This document shows positions 28,040-37,270 of a stretch of 64,000 nt of DNA, piece by piece. The notes beneath the pieces are model-generated. The model was not told where the DNA came from and made no database searches. It saw only the letters and a program-made list of their open reading frames with translations. Position 1 is the first letter of the stretch; every line of letters begins with the position of its first letter. The DNA is taken from positions 9,363 to 73,362 of the forward strand of contig DAHUZP010000050.1 of NCBI GenBank assembly GCA_027306505.1. Direction: 5' to 3'. This stretch comes from Thermoplasmata archaeon (GTDB taxonomy: Archaea; Thermoplasmatota; Thermoplasmata; Lutacidiplasmatales; UBA184). Made by a program: the position numbers and the translations under genes.

Positions 28040-29476
28040 ATGTGCGCCTTCCGTCAAGACCGGACCCCGATCCCTGAGGAGACGACCGACGAGCGGAAGG
28101 CCACGTTCGGCCAGGTGCTCCAACCCTACACGGAGGGGGAGGCCGTCCTGGAGGCCGCTCGTTGCCTGCAGTGCGCGATGCCCTTCTGCGTCCAGGCCTG
28201 CCCGATCACGCAGGACTGCCGGGGCTACATCGACCTCGTCGCGAAGCGGAGGTTCGACGAGGCGGCGCGTCTCGTCCTTCGGGACAACCCGCTGGGCACC
28301 GTCCTCTGCAAGACCTGTTACCACTACTGCGAGGAGGACTGCGTCAAGGGAGGCCGGGGGGACCCCATCGCGATCCGACACCTCAAGCGGGCCTCGCTCG
28401 AGCTCGGGAACACCCCGCCCCTCTACGAGCCACCGAAGGACCTCAAAGGGGAGCGGGTCGCGGTCGTCGGGGCGGGTCCGGCGGGGGTCATGGCCTCGTG
28501 GGACCTCGCGCTCCGGGGCTACTCGGTCACGGTCTTCGAGGCGCAGGCGTTCGCAGGGGGCCAGACCACCACGATCCCCAAGTACCACCTCGCGGGCGAT
28601 GAGCTCCCCAAGGACCTCGCCCGCTTCCAGAAGCTCGGCATCCGCTGGGAGATGGGGAAGAAGGCCGGGGTCGATTTCACTCCCGAAGGGCTCTTGGAGC
28701 AGGGCTTCCTCGCGGTCTATCTCGCGATGGGGGCCTCGAACCCTCGACGTCTTGGGATCCCGGGGGAGGACCTTCCGGGGGTCTTCTATGCCCTGCCCTT
28801 CCTGCTCGCGATCAACGCCGGGACCGAGGGCCTCTTTGGGAGGAAGGACCGAAGGGTCCTCGTGATCGGCGGCGGGGACGTCGCGCTCGATGCCGCCCGA
28901 AGCGCCCGGCGTCTTGCGGCGGACGGGCAGGTCACGCTGGTGTACCGCAGGTCCGAGGAGGACATGCGGGCCTCCGACGAGGAGCACCTGGGCGGCGAGA
29001 TCGAGGGGGTCCGCTTCCTCTTCGAACGCGCCCCGGTCGAGATCCGCGGCGACGGCCACGTCGGGTCCATGGTGCTGCGTCGCACCGAGCTCGCCCCGCC
29101 GGACCCCCAGGGGAAGCGCGTCCTCGTCGAGGTCCCCGGCTCCGATGAGACCCTGGACTGCGACACCATCATCGTCGCCGCTGGCGAGGTCATGGACACC
29201 CACGGGCTCCCCCCCGAGCTCGAGCTCAAGCCCTCGCGCCACGGTTGGCCCGAAGGGGTCCGACCGAAGCATATGACCGCGGTGGAGGGGATCTTCGCCT
29301 CCGGGGGTCAGTCGGTCGTCTACGCGATGGAGGCCGGCGCCCAGGCCGCGCAGGCCATCGACGCCTACCTCAGCCAGAAGAAGGGGCGACCCACCACTCC
29401 TCGGCCGGATCCCTTCGGTGGCGCGGCCCCGGCGGAGCTCCCCGCGGGCTACGGCGGCCCCACCTGGAACCTGTAG
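28040..29476 (+). CDS. GltD/SudA-like NAD(P)H-dependent FAD/Fe-S oxidoreductase (glutamate synthase small-subunit family)
   Basis: N-terminal Cys clusters (CLQCAMPFCVQACP ... CKTCYHYCEEDC), dinucleotide fold RVAVVGAGPAGVMASWDL, and a second fold VLVIGGGDVALDAA. Confidence 0.85.
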   Translation: MCAFRQDRTPIPEETTDERKATFGQVLQPYTEGEAVLEAARCLQCAMPFCVQACPITQDCRGYIDLVAKRRFDEAARLVLRDNPLGTVLCKTCYHYCEEDCVKGGRGDPIAIRHLKRASLELGNTPPLYEPPKDLKGERVAVVGAGPAGVMASWDLALRGYSVTVFEAQAFAGGQTTTIPKYHLAGDELPKDLARFQKLGIRWEMGKKAGVDFTPEGLLEQGFLAVYLAMGASNPRRLGIPGEDLPGVFYALPFLLAINAGTEGLFGRKDRRVLVIGGGDVALDAARSARRLAADGQVTLVYRRSEEDMRASDEEHLGGEIEGVRFLFERAPVEIRGDGHVGSMVLRRTELAPPDPQGKRVLVEVPGSDETLDCDTIIVAAGEVMDTHGLPPELELKPSRHGWPEGVRPKHMTAVEGIFASGGQSVVYAMEAGAQAAQAIDAYLSQKKGRPTTPRPDPFGGAAPAELPAGYGGPTWNL

Positions 29477-29592
29477 GACCTCTCCTCGGAGGCGCGAACG
29501 TCCCGAGGGCCGGTCGGCCGCACGCCTGGGGCCTCCTCCCTCCTGCGTTCAGCGGAGGTGAGAGGAGGGGGGAGAGGGGAACCGACCCTGGC

Positions 29593-32500
29593 TCAACGAG
29601 GAGGAGGGACGCCGCCGCCCATGGGCGGGGGCGCTCCCCCCATAGGGGGGGCCGCAGGTGGCAGGACCGCTGACGCGGGTGGGGGCGCGGCGGGTGGCGA
29701 GGGTGGAGGGACGTTCCAAGAGACCGGCGGCTGTGCTTGGGGGGTCCTCCTCCGACCGAAGAGCAGCGCCACGGCGACGATGATCGCGATCAAGGCCACC
29801 AGCCCCAGCAGAAGGTAGAGGCCCTGGTCCCCCGGGAGACCCAGGAGGCCGTTCGTCGGTGCGGGGGAGGGCGACGGCGGCGGGGGGGACGAGGCCTGGA
29901 TCGTGATGGTCGCGTTGGCCACCCGTGAGCTCCCGCTCAACGAGGCGATGACCGTGAGCACCACCGTGCCGGCCTGGGACCCTGCGGTGAACTGCGTCAG
30001 CGTGCCCGTGGTCGGGCTGATGCCTCCGATGGTGTTGCTGAGGCTCCAGACATAGGCGATCCCGTTCGGGCAGGCTCCGCCCGAGCAGGTCGGGGTCGCC
30101 GTGAAGACCTTGGTCCCACCGGTAGCGAGCGTCGCGGAGGCCGGAGCCACGCTCACCCCCACGAGCGGCGAGGTGACGGTGGACTGCAACGTGATCGTGA
30201 CCGGGTTCCCTTGGACGGTGACCCCGTTCAAGGACCCGTTCACGAAGAGCGTGTCCTGCCCGGCGATGCCCCCCGCCGTGAACGTGACGGGGTCGCCTGT
30301 GTTCACGCCGAGCGACCCCAGCCCATTGGTCAGGGACCACCGATAGGAGATGCCCGAGGGGCAGGAGCCGCCCGTGCAGCTCGGCGTGGCGGAGAAGGCG
30401 GCGCTCGCTCCGAAGGCGAGCGTGCTGCTCCCGGGGGTGACGACCACGGTAGAGAGCGTCGGAAGGGACCCGGAGGAAATGGTGATGGAGGCTCCCCCGC
30501 TCTGGACGGTGGCGAGATCGAGCGTCGCGTTCACGAACAGCGTGTCCGTGCCGGTCAGAGCCCCGGCGGTGAACGTGGCTGAGGAAGCGGTGGGAGAGCT
30601 CACGGTCCCCAAGGAGTTCGTGAGGGTCCACGAGTACGTCGTCCCGGCGGGACAGACGCCTCCTGAGCACGTGGGGATGGCGGTGAAGGTCTGCGAACCT
30701 CCCACCAGGACCGCGCCGGAGGTGGGGGAGATGGCGACCGAGAGGAGCGGGGAGACGACCTGGAGGATCGTCCACGCGTTGGCCGAGTGGGCGGAGGAGT
30801 CGTTCCCGAAGCCCCTGACGAGGTAGCTCCCGGCCGCGGTTGGGGTGCAGGCGAGCGTCGGGGAGTTCGCGCTGATACACCCTGGGGGCAGGTTAGTGTA
30901 GGTGTACAAGTAGGGAGGGAGCCCTCCGGAAAGCGACAGCGAGAAGGTGGCCGTCGCTCCCACGTATACGGCCGTCGGGCTGACCCCGAAGGAGCTCACC
31001 GTCAAGGGGGCGCCGGGGGCCATCTGATAGAAGGCGGCGACCTGCCCCCCCCCATAGTTGGACGTGTTCGCCCAGAGGGTGACCGTGCCTGCGAACCCCA
31101 CGGAGGCGCTGCGGTTGATCGTGCCTATGTAGGTGGCCTGGGTTGGGACGTTGCAGTCGCTCTGGACCGTCTCTCCCGCGCCGACCCCGACGTTGGGGGA
31201 ACCGTCGATGTCGCTGTAGCCCATCTCGACCCAATCGGGGGTGTGGGAGGTCGTAGTGTAGGCGCTGAACTGCGAGAAGGTACCGGTGCTCATCGGACCG
31301 CTGCTGTCCAGGACGACCTGGTCCCCTCCGACCGTGGGAGAGAGCAGGTCCAGGGCCACTCCGATGGGGACGTTCCCCGTCGCGTTGATCGTCACGGAAA
31401 GCCCGGAGGCAGCCGGGAGCGCCTCCGCGTAGAACCATCCGCCCCAGTTGCCCCCCACCGAGGTGAGGAGCATGGTCATCGCACCGTGGTAGGTGCCTGC
31501 CGTGTAGGTGACGGTCGCGGTGCCGCTCCCCAGGAACACCTCCCCGTAGAGCGCGGAGCCGGCGGGGATGCTCATCGGTCCAATGGTGAGGGAGCTCGCG
31601 AGCGCGCTCCCGCCGCAGTACTGCGTCATGGGGGTCACGGAGAGGTTGGCGGTGCCCGTCACGGTCGCGGAAGCGGAGTCGTTGACGTAGACCCGCATCT
31701 CGTAGGACCCGGTGGCGCTGGGAGTGCAGCTCAAGCTCGGCGAGTTGGACGAAAAGCAGCCCGGAGGCAGGCCCGAGTACGCGTAGGTGTAGGGGGTCGT
31801 TCCACCGTAGGCGGTCACGGTGAGCACGCTCGTCCCCCCGAGAACGGTGCCGGGGGGCGAGGCGGTGAAGGAACTGAGCGTGAGAGCCCCCCCGGTGGTG
31901 TAGAAGCCCGCCGCGACTCCGCTTCCGTAGTTCGACACGTTGGCGGTGAGCGTGACCGACCCCAGGAAGCCGACCATGCTAGTCCGGTCGATGACCCCCA
32001 TGTAGATGCCCTGAGTGGGCACGTTGCAGTCGCTCAGGACCGCCTCCCCCGTACCTACGCTGACGTCCTGAGTGCCATCGTTGTCCGCGTACCCTATCCC
32101 CACCCAATCGGGAAGCTGGGTGGTGGTCACGGTCGCGGTCACCTGGGTCCTCGTCGTGGTCCCGGCCGGGCCGCTGGTATCGAAGACGACCATGCCCCCG
32201 GTGGAGGTCGGCGAGAGGACCTCGGCCCCGACGCCGATGGGGGCAGCGGACGTGGAGTTCGCGGTGAGGACGAAGGAGGAGGACGCTGGCAGGGCCTGCG
32301 CGTAGAACCACCCTTGCCAGGAGGCCCCCGTCGCGGAGGTGATGAGCGTCATGCTCCCGTGGTACGTCCCTGCCGTGTAGATCAGGGTCGAGGTTCCCGA
32401 GCCCAGCCAGACCGACGCGAAGACCGCCCCACCCGTCGGGACCGAGACCGCGGTCGTCGAGAAGCTGGAGCTCCCGGGGGACCCTGCGCAGATCGACGCG

Positions 32501-32670
32501 CTGGGGGAGATCGACGGAGCGGCGACCGGCCGCAAGGGACCGAGGGAGGTCGCCGAGGCGTTCGAAGCGGCGATGGCGCCCAAGGAGCCCAGCAGGAGGA
32601 TGAGGACGCCTGCGGTCGCAAGGGGGGAGAGCACCTCGGGCCGTAGGCTAAGGTTCCGAGGCGCGGACAC
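29593..32670 (-). CDS. Large cell-surface protein: signal/anchor, two ~290-aa tandem modules each ending in a He_PIG-like Ig domain, three Big_2-like Ig repeats, TM helix, Pro-rich cytoplasmic tail
   Basis: N-terminal hydrophobic ATAGVLILLLGSLGAIAA. Internal duplication (aa ~60-347 vs ~351-640). GGTTPYTYAYSGLPPGC / GGLPPYLYTYTNLPPGC motifs. Three repeats with C.GG.CP...Y.W. C-terminal TM LYLLLGLVALIAIIVAVALLF. GTG start at 32670. Confidence 0.8.
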   Translation of the reverse strand: MSAPRNLSLRPEVLSPLATAGVLILLLGSLGAIAASNASATSLGPLRPVAAPSISPSASICAGSPGSSSFSTTAVSVPTGGAVFASVWLGSGTSTLIYTAGTYHGSMTLITSATGASWQGWFYAQALPASSSFVLTANSTSAAPIGVGAEVLSPTSTGGMVVFDTSGPAGTTTRTQVTATVTTTQLPDWVGIGYADNDGTQDVSVGTGEAVLSDCNVPTQGIYMGVIDRTSMVGFLGSVTLTANVSNYGSGVAAGFYTTGGALTLSSFTASPPGTVLGGTSVLTVTAYGGTTPYTYAYSGLPPGCFSSNSPSLSCTPSATGSYEMRVYVNDSASATVTGTANLSVTPMTQYCGGSALASSLTIGPMSIPAGSALYGEVFLGSGTATVTYTAGTYHGAMTMLLTSVGGNWGGWFYAEALPAASGLSVTINATGNVPIGVALDLLSPTVGGDQVVLDSSGPMSTGTFSQFSAYTTTSHTPDWVEMGYSDIDGSPNVGVGAGETVQSDCNVPTQATYIGTINRSASVGFAGTVTLWANTSNYGGGQVAAFYQMAPGAPLTVSSFGVSPTAVYVGATATFSLSLSGGLPPYLYTYTNLPPGCISANSPTLACTPTAAGSYLVRGFGNDSSAHSANAWTILQVVSPLLSVAISPTSGAVLVGGSQTFTAIPTCSGGVCPAGTTYSWTLTNSLGTVSSPTASSATFTAGALTGTDTLFVNATLDLATVQSGGASITISSGSLPTLSTVVVTPGSSTLAFGASAAFSATPSCTGGSCPSGISYRWSLTNGLGSLGVNTGDPVTFTAGGIAGQDTLFVNGSLNGVTVQGNPVTITLQSTVTSPLVGVSVAPASATLATGGTKVFTATPTCSGGACPNGIAYVWSLSNTIGGISPTTGTLTQFTAGSQAGTVVLTVIASLSGSSRVANATITIQASSPPPPSPSPAPTNGLLGLPGDQGLYLLLGLVALIAIIVAVALLFGRRRTPQAQPPVSWNVPPPSPPAAPPPASAVLPPAAPPMGGAPPPMGGGVPPPR
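29890..30750 (-). repeat. Three tandem ~95-aa Ig-like (Big_2-like) coding repeats with a conserved Cys pair
   Basis: The repeats read TFTAIPTCSGGVCPAGTTYSWTL, AFSATPSCTGGSCPSGISYRWSL and VFTATPTCSGGACPNGIAYVWSL. The same repeat type occurs at nt ~175-738. Confidence 0.8.
30751..32493 (-). repeat. Tandem duplication of a ~290-aa (~870-nt) protein module inside the surface-protein gene
   Basis: Colinear blocks: LGSGTSTLIYTAGTYHGSMTLITS / LGSGTATVTYTAGTYHGAMTMLLTS; WFYAQALPAS / WFYAEALPAA; LSDCNVPTQGIYMGVIDRTS / QSDCNVPTQATYIGTINRSA. Confidence 0.8.
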
Positions 32671-32835
32671 GGAGATTCAGATTCCCACTGGGGGGTAATA
32701 GTCCTTGCTATGGGTTGGTTCCGTTTGTCGAGTCCAACAATTACTTCCCACACATGGGAGGGGAGGAGGAGCACGGGGGGGAAGGGCGAGCGAGCGAAGC
32801 GAGCGAGCCCAAGGGGGGGGCGTCCGCCCCGCGTC

Positions 32836-33960
32836 TCAGCGCTGGTCGATGGGTACGTACCTGCAATCCACCGGCCCGGTGTACTCCGACGCGGGCCGGA
32901 TGATCCGGTTGTCGGCGTACTGTTCGAGCACGTGGGCCGTCCACCCGGAGACCCGGCTCACGGCGAAGACCGGGGTGAAGAGGTCCGAGGGAATGCCTAG
33001 GGACTCGTAGCAGGCCCCGGAGTAGAGGTCGACGTTGGGGTAGAGCCCCTTCTCGTGATGGACCACCTCCTCGATCTCCCGAAGCACCACGTAGGTCTTG
33101 GGGTCCCCCTTCTCCTGCGCCAGCCGTCGGGCGTACTCCCGCAGGATCGTCGCCCTGGGGTCGTCCACCTTGTAGACGCGGTGGCCGAAGCCCATGATCT
33201 TCTCGTGCCGGGCGATCTTCTGGGTCACGTAGGCCTCCGCGTCTTCCACCGACCCGATCTCGTGGACCATCCGCATGACCTCCTCATTGGCCCCGCCGTG
33301 CAGGGGGCCCTTGAGCGTTCCAATCGCGCTGGTGACGGCGGAGTAGAGGTCGGAGAGCGTGCTCGCGGTCACCCGGGCGGAGAAGGTGGATGCGTTGAAC
33401 TCGTGGTCTGCGTGGAGGATGAGCGCGACGTCCAGGGCCTTCGCGTCCTCGGCGCTCGGCTCCTTGCCTAGGAGCATGTAGAGGAGGTTCGCTGCGTGCC
33501 CGAGGTCCGCCCGCGGGGCGAGCGGGCGCCCCCCCTGACGCAGACGATGGTAGGCCGCGATGACCGTGGGGAGGATCGCGGTGAGCCGCAGGGCACCGCC
33601 GATCGAGCTCTCCGGTCGCTTGAGGTCCTCCGGATCGAAGGAGGAGAGGGCGCTAACGCCGGTGCGGAGCACCTCCATCGGGGGGGTCTTGGGGGGGATC
33701 GCCTCGAGGAGCGTCTCCAGTCCTGAGGGGAGTTCCCGACGGCTCACGAGCTTTGCCTGCAACTGCTCGAGCTCGGAGGCCTTGGGGAGACGCCCGTACC
33801 ACAGGAGGTAGCAGGTCTCCTCGAAGGTGGAGAACTTCGCGAGGTCCCGTATGTCGAAGCCCCGGTAGATCAGGCGTCCTCCCTTGCCATCGATGAACGT
33901 GATGTTCGAGGTCCCGACGACCACATCGGCCAACCCCCGGGCCACCGTAGCGTTCTCCAT
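32836..33960 (-). CDS. gltA: Citrate synthase
   Basis: GLADVVVGTSNITFIDGKGGRLIYRGFDIRDLA, HADHEFNASTF and MGFGHRVYKVDDPRA signature blocks. Confidence 0.95.
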   Translation of the reverse strand: MENATVARGLADVVVGTSNITFIDGKGGRLIYRGFDIRDLAKFSTFEETCYLLWYGRLPKASELEQLQAKLVSRRELPSGLETLLEAIPPKTPPMEVLRTGVSALSSFDPEDLKRPESSIGGALRLTAILPTVIAAYHRLRQGGRPLAPRADLGHAANLLYMLLGKEPSAEDAKALDVALILHADHEFNASTFSARVTASTLSDLYSAVTSAIGTLKGPLHGGANEEVMRMVHEIGSVEDAEAYVTQKIARHEKIMGFGHRVYKVDDPRATILREYARRLAQEKGDPKTYVVLREIEEVVHHEKGLYPNVDLYSGACYESLGIPSDLFTPVFAVSRVSGWTAHVLEQYADNRIIRPASEYTGPVDCRYVPIDQR

Positions 33961-33982
33961 GGCGGTGCGTACTCTCGGGAGA

Positions 33983-35524
33983 TTATCCCCTTTGGGGTCG
34001 GCCCTCCGACGGCTCCGTTGCGGCGGGGGTCCGGCTGGACGATGCGATCGTCCCGTCGGGTGGGCCCGCGAGACCGTACCGATTCGGGCCAGCCAAGGGA
34101 GAAGGCGGCCGGTCGCGAGGGGCTGGGGCTGGAGCTGGAACTGGGGCTGGAGCTGGGGCAGGTGTGAGCGCGGCCCCGGAGCTTCCAGGAGGGGAGGAAG
34201 GCACGCGGCGAGCGTAGGCCCTCAGCGCGTACCTCCAGGCTGGGACCGCGACCGCGATCAGCATCGCCGACACAAGGAAGGTCGCGGCGAACCCCAGCGA
34301 CCCACTGACCGCCCCCGAGGTCGCGGCCCCCAGGACCGCGGCCACGCCCCCGAAGGCGCTGCTCGTACCGAGCAGACTACCGGCGTTCCGACCTTCCAGG
34401 GAACGGAAGAGCAGCAGCGAGGAGGAGGTGCTGTAGAAGGCGTAGGTGACCCCGATGATCCCGTAGGCCAGGGCGTTGATCCCCAGCTCTCCGCCCGTGG
34501 AGAAGAGGGCGAGCGGGAGCAGAGCGAGACCGAAGACCGTGCCGTACGACCCGGCCCGGGCCCAGGACGCCGTTTGCACGACTGTCTCGGAGCGGCCCCC
34601 CTCGCAGATCCGACCGGTGAACGGCAACACCATCGCCTGCCCCGCGTTGTTCGAGAGACCCACCAAGAAGATCGCCGAGGCGGGCAGGAACACCGAGGCC
34701 ATGTACGGGGTGTAGGAGGTGTTGAACATGGCCGACCCGAAGCTGTAGAGGAGGCCCGCCGTGAGCATCAACGGGACCTCGTGGGTCGCCTCCTGTCGGA
34801 GCCAGCTGCGGGCGCGACGCAGCGACCCCCGTTGGGGCATGTGGGGGAAGTACGGGAAGCGAAGGTGCAGGCGGGCGACCAAGCTCTCCGGGTGGAGCGA
34901 GAGGTGCCAACGCTGCCGCCGGGTCTCCGGGTCTCGTATGAACAGCACCACGCCGATGGCGCTCGCCGCGGCGCTGGCCGCGCTGATGTAGAGGATCCCC
35001 AGCAGGCCGAGGCTCCCGGGGAACCTCAGCACCCAGAGGAATCCGATGAACGTCCCGATGACGCTCCCGAGCACCGAGAGCTCGCTGAAGGAGGCGTAGG
35101 CCGTGGCGCGCTCGTGGGCGGGGAAGCGCTCCAACACGAGGAGGTTCGAGGCGGCGGCGCTCGAGGGTGCGACCAGCCCGTAGACCGTGTAGCAGACGAG
35201 CAGGGTCACCAGCGTGGGGGCGGCCGCCAGGACGAGGAAGACGACGATGAAGGCGGCGTAGTTGAGAAGGAGCAGGGGGGCACGGACCCCCAGCCGGTCG
35301 CACAGGACCCCCCAGAACAGCGAGGCGGGGACGATGGCCGCGTTGTAGAGGGCGCTCGCGAGGGCGACCTCCAGGATCCCCCCGTGCAGGGTGAAGAGGA
35401 TGAGGAGCGGCAGGGCGACCGAGAAGCCCGCGGCGGCCGCGTTCGCCGGCAGGAAGACCAAGAGCCAAGGACGGGCCACGATACTGGCCAGAAGGGGACG
35501 CGGGCGGATGGGAGCCTGGGGCAC
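33983..35524 (-). CDS. MFS transporter
   Basis: About 12 hydrophobic segments; loop motif LCDRLGVR (MFS D-R-x-G-R-R-like). It ends 22 nt upstream of citrate synthase on the same strand. Confidence 0.8.
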   Translation of the reverse strand: MPQAPIRPRPLLASIVARPWLLVFLPANAAAAGFSVALPLLILFTLHGGILEVALASALYNAAIVPASLFWGVLCDRLGVRAPLLLLNYAAFIVVFLVLAAAPTLVTLLVCYTVYGLVAPSSAAASNLLVLERFPAHERATAYASFSELSVLGSVIGTFIGFLWVLRFPGSLGLLGILYISAASAAASAIGVVLFIRDPETRRQRWHLSLHPESLVARLHLRFPYFPHMPQRGSLRRARSWLRQEATHEVPLMLTAGLLYSFGSAMFNTSYTPYMASVFLPASAIFLVGLSNNAGQAMVLPFTGRICEGGRSETVVQTASWARAGSYGTVFGLALLPLALFSTGGELGINALAYGIIGVTYAFYSTSSSLLLFRSLEGRNAGSLLGTSSAFGGVAAVLGAATSGAVSGSLGFAATFLVSAMLIAVAVPAWRYALRAYARRVPSSPPGSSGAALTPAPAPAPVPAPAPAPRDRPPSPLAGPNRYGLAGPPDGTIASSSRTPAATEPSEGRPQRG

Positions 35525-35682
35525 TGTCGGGGTCGACCCTGGCCATCAAGATAAGGCGGAAGTGTGGACTCGAGCTCGCCGCGAGCGAGCGCCGGCGAAG
35601 ACCGGTGTGGCGGTCCGAGCCACGACTTTGTCCGCCCCACGATCGAACTGGCCATCGGGGAACCGTCGATTTCATCGGTTGC

Positions 35683-35689
35683 TTTATAA
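35683..35689 (+). promoter_or_regulatory. TATA box (TTTATAA) ~29 nt upstream of the GTG at 35715; implies a leaderless or near-leaderless transcript
   Basis: An AT island in otherwise GC-rich DNA. The spacing to the start codon matches archaeal TATA-to-TSS distance. Confidence 0.45.
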
Positions 35690-35714
35690 GTAGGAGCCCT
35701 TTGGCCGCGAACAG

Positions 35715-35957
35715 GTGCGCACTTTGGCTATCGGGTTCGTCCTGATCAGCACGGCCCCGGCGAAGGAACACGAGGTCTATTCTGAGCTCCTCCGGGTGAA
35801 GGAGATCGTGGAGTTGCACCCCCTCTTCGGTGAGTACGACCTGATCGCCAAGGTCGAGGCCGAGGATTTCAACGCACTCGGTCAGGTCGTAGTCGACAAG
35901 ATCCGGTCCGTCCCCGGGGTCATCGACACGAAGACCTTGACCGGCATCAAGTTCTGA
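35715..35957 (+). CDS. Stand-alone Lrp/AsnC ligand-binding (RAM) domain protein
   Basis: 80 aa. AIGFVLISTAPAKEHEVYSELLRVKEIVELHPLFGEYDLIAKVEAEDFNALGQVVVDKIRSVPGVIDTKTL matches the AsnC_trans_reg fold pattern. No HTH is present. Confidence 0.8.
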   Translation: MRTLAIGFVLISTAPAKEHEVYSELLRVKEIVELHPLFGEYDLIAKVEAEDFNALGQVVVDKIRSVPGVIDTKTLTGIKF

Positions 35958-35969
35958 AGGAGGTTCTGA

Positions 35970-36269
35970 ATGTCGCTCACGTTCGATTGGCAAAGCTTCG
36001 TCGAGATCTTTGGCCTGCTCTTCGGGCTCTTCCTGCTCCTCTCCGGGATCTTCACCGCCTACTTCGGTAGCGGGAAGAGCCGGAAGATCGGCATCGGACT
36101 CGTCGTCGGTGGGATCGTCATCGGTGTCCTCATGGTGCTGTTCTACCACGAGGTCCGCTCCGGGCAGCTCCTGACGCTCGTTTGGAACACTTTCATCGTG
36201 CTCCTCGCAAGCATCCTGGGAGCGCTGGCCGCGATCGGGCTCTTCCTGGTCGCGATCATGAAGTCGTAG
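35970..36269 (+). CDS. Small membrane protein (3 predicted TM helices)
   Basis: The ATG is preceded by GGAGG 8 nt upstream. Hydrophobic segments: FGLLFGLFLLLSGIF, IGLVVGGIVIGVLMVLF and IVLLASILGALAAIGLFLVAI. Confidence 0.65.
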   Translation: MSLTFDWQSFVEIFGLLFGLFLLLSGIFTAYFGSGKSRKIGIGLVVGGIVIGVLMVLFYHEVRSGQLLTLVWNTFIVLLASILGALAAIGLFLVAIMKS

Positions 36270-36415
36270 ACGGGACGCCCTCGACCCTCCAAGGTCGGGA
36301 AGTGCTCTCCGTGCCGGCCAGGGCCTCGGTGCCTCCTCCACCCGTTCCTACGGGGGTCGTCCCTCGAGCCGCGGCGTCCAGGCGCTCGGGCCCGCTGAGA
36401 ACGGAGGTTCGGACG

Positions 36416-37270
36416 GTGCCCCTCGCCGACCCCAAGCCCTCCGCGCGGGAGAGGCCGCGGCTGGTCACCCTCACCACCGATATCGGCTGGGCCTATGCCG
36501 CCCAGGTGAAGGGGGTCCTGCTCTCCCGCGACCCCAGATTCCGCATTGTGGACCTCACCCACACCGTGGTGAGCCACAGCATCCTCGAGGGAGCCTTCCT
36601 CCTCCGAGCCTGCGCCCTCCCCTTCCCTTCGGGGTCGGTCCACCTTTGCATCGTCGACCCTGGGGTTGGGAGCGAGCGGCAGCCGATCATGGTCCGCTGC
36701 CAGGACGGAAGCCTCTTGGTGGGGCCGGACAACGGCGTGCTCATGCCCCTCGCCCGCGCGCTTGGCACAGCCGGGGTGTTCCGTATCGAGCCGGAGGGGT
36801 TACCTACTCGACGGCCGGTCAGTCCGACCTTCGAGGGCCGCGACCTCTTCGCCCCCACGGCGGCGGAACTCGCCCTGGGCAAAGCGCCCGAGGACCTTGG
36901 GTCCCCCTCGCAGGCGGTCCACTTCGACCTCCCGGCGCCGCGATGGGGGCGGGGGAGCTCGGAGGTCGCTCTCCTCCATGTCGACCCCTTCGGGAACCTG
37001 GTCACCAACCTCCCCCACCAGGAGCTTCTGGACCGCATCGGCCCGGTCGGGTCCCACGTGTCCGTCGAGGCGGGGGCACGACGCCTCCGGGCAAAGGTCG
37101 TCCGGACCTACTCCGACCTGGAGGAGGGATGCCTGGGGGCGCTCGGCTCGAGCTTCGGGCTGACCGAGCTTTGCCTGAGAGGAGCGAGCGCCCAGGGCAT
37201 CCTCGACCTCAAGGTCGGCGCCCGACTGCGTCTTCTCCCCTCTGACCGTGACTGGAAGGAGGGAGCATGA
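36416..37270 (+). CDS. SAM hydroxide adenosyltransferase family protein (DUF62; chlorinase/fluorinase-like fold)
   Basis: VTLTTDIGWAYAAQVKGVLL, IVDLTH, and HLCIVDPGVGSERQPI ... LVGPDNGVL. A GTG at 36416 is preceded by GGAGG (36403-36407). The track ORF from 36182 overlaps the previous gene and was trimmed. Confidence 0.8.
   Translation: MPLADPKPSARERPRLVTLTTDIGWAYAAQVKGVLLSRDPRFRIVDLTHTVVSHSILEGAFLLRACALPFPSGSVHLCIVDPGVGSERQPIMVRCQDGSLLVGPDNGVLMPLARALGTAGVFRIEPEGLPTRRPVSPTFEGRDLFAPTAAELALGKAPEDLGSPSQAVHFDLPAPRWGRGSSEVALLHVDPFGNLVTNLPHQELLDRIGPVGSHVSVEAGARRLRAKVVRTYSDLEEGCLGALGSSFGLTELCLRGASAQGILDLKVGARLRLLPSDRDWKEGA

Noticed and set aside
29593-29760. PGF-CTERM, archaeosortase or sortase-type sorting signals at the C-termini of the three surface proteins.
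   Set aside because: The C-termini are a TM helix followed by a long cytoplasmic tail (Pro-rich or acidic). They are not a short tripartite motif-TM-basic signal ending the protein, and no PGF or LPxTG motif precedes the TM.
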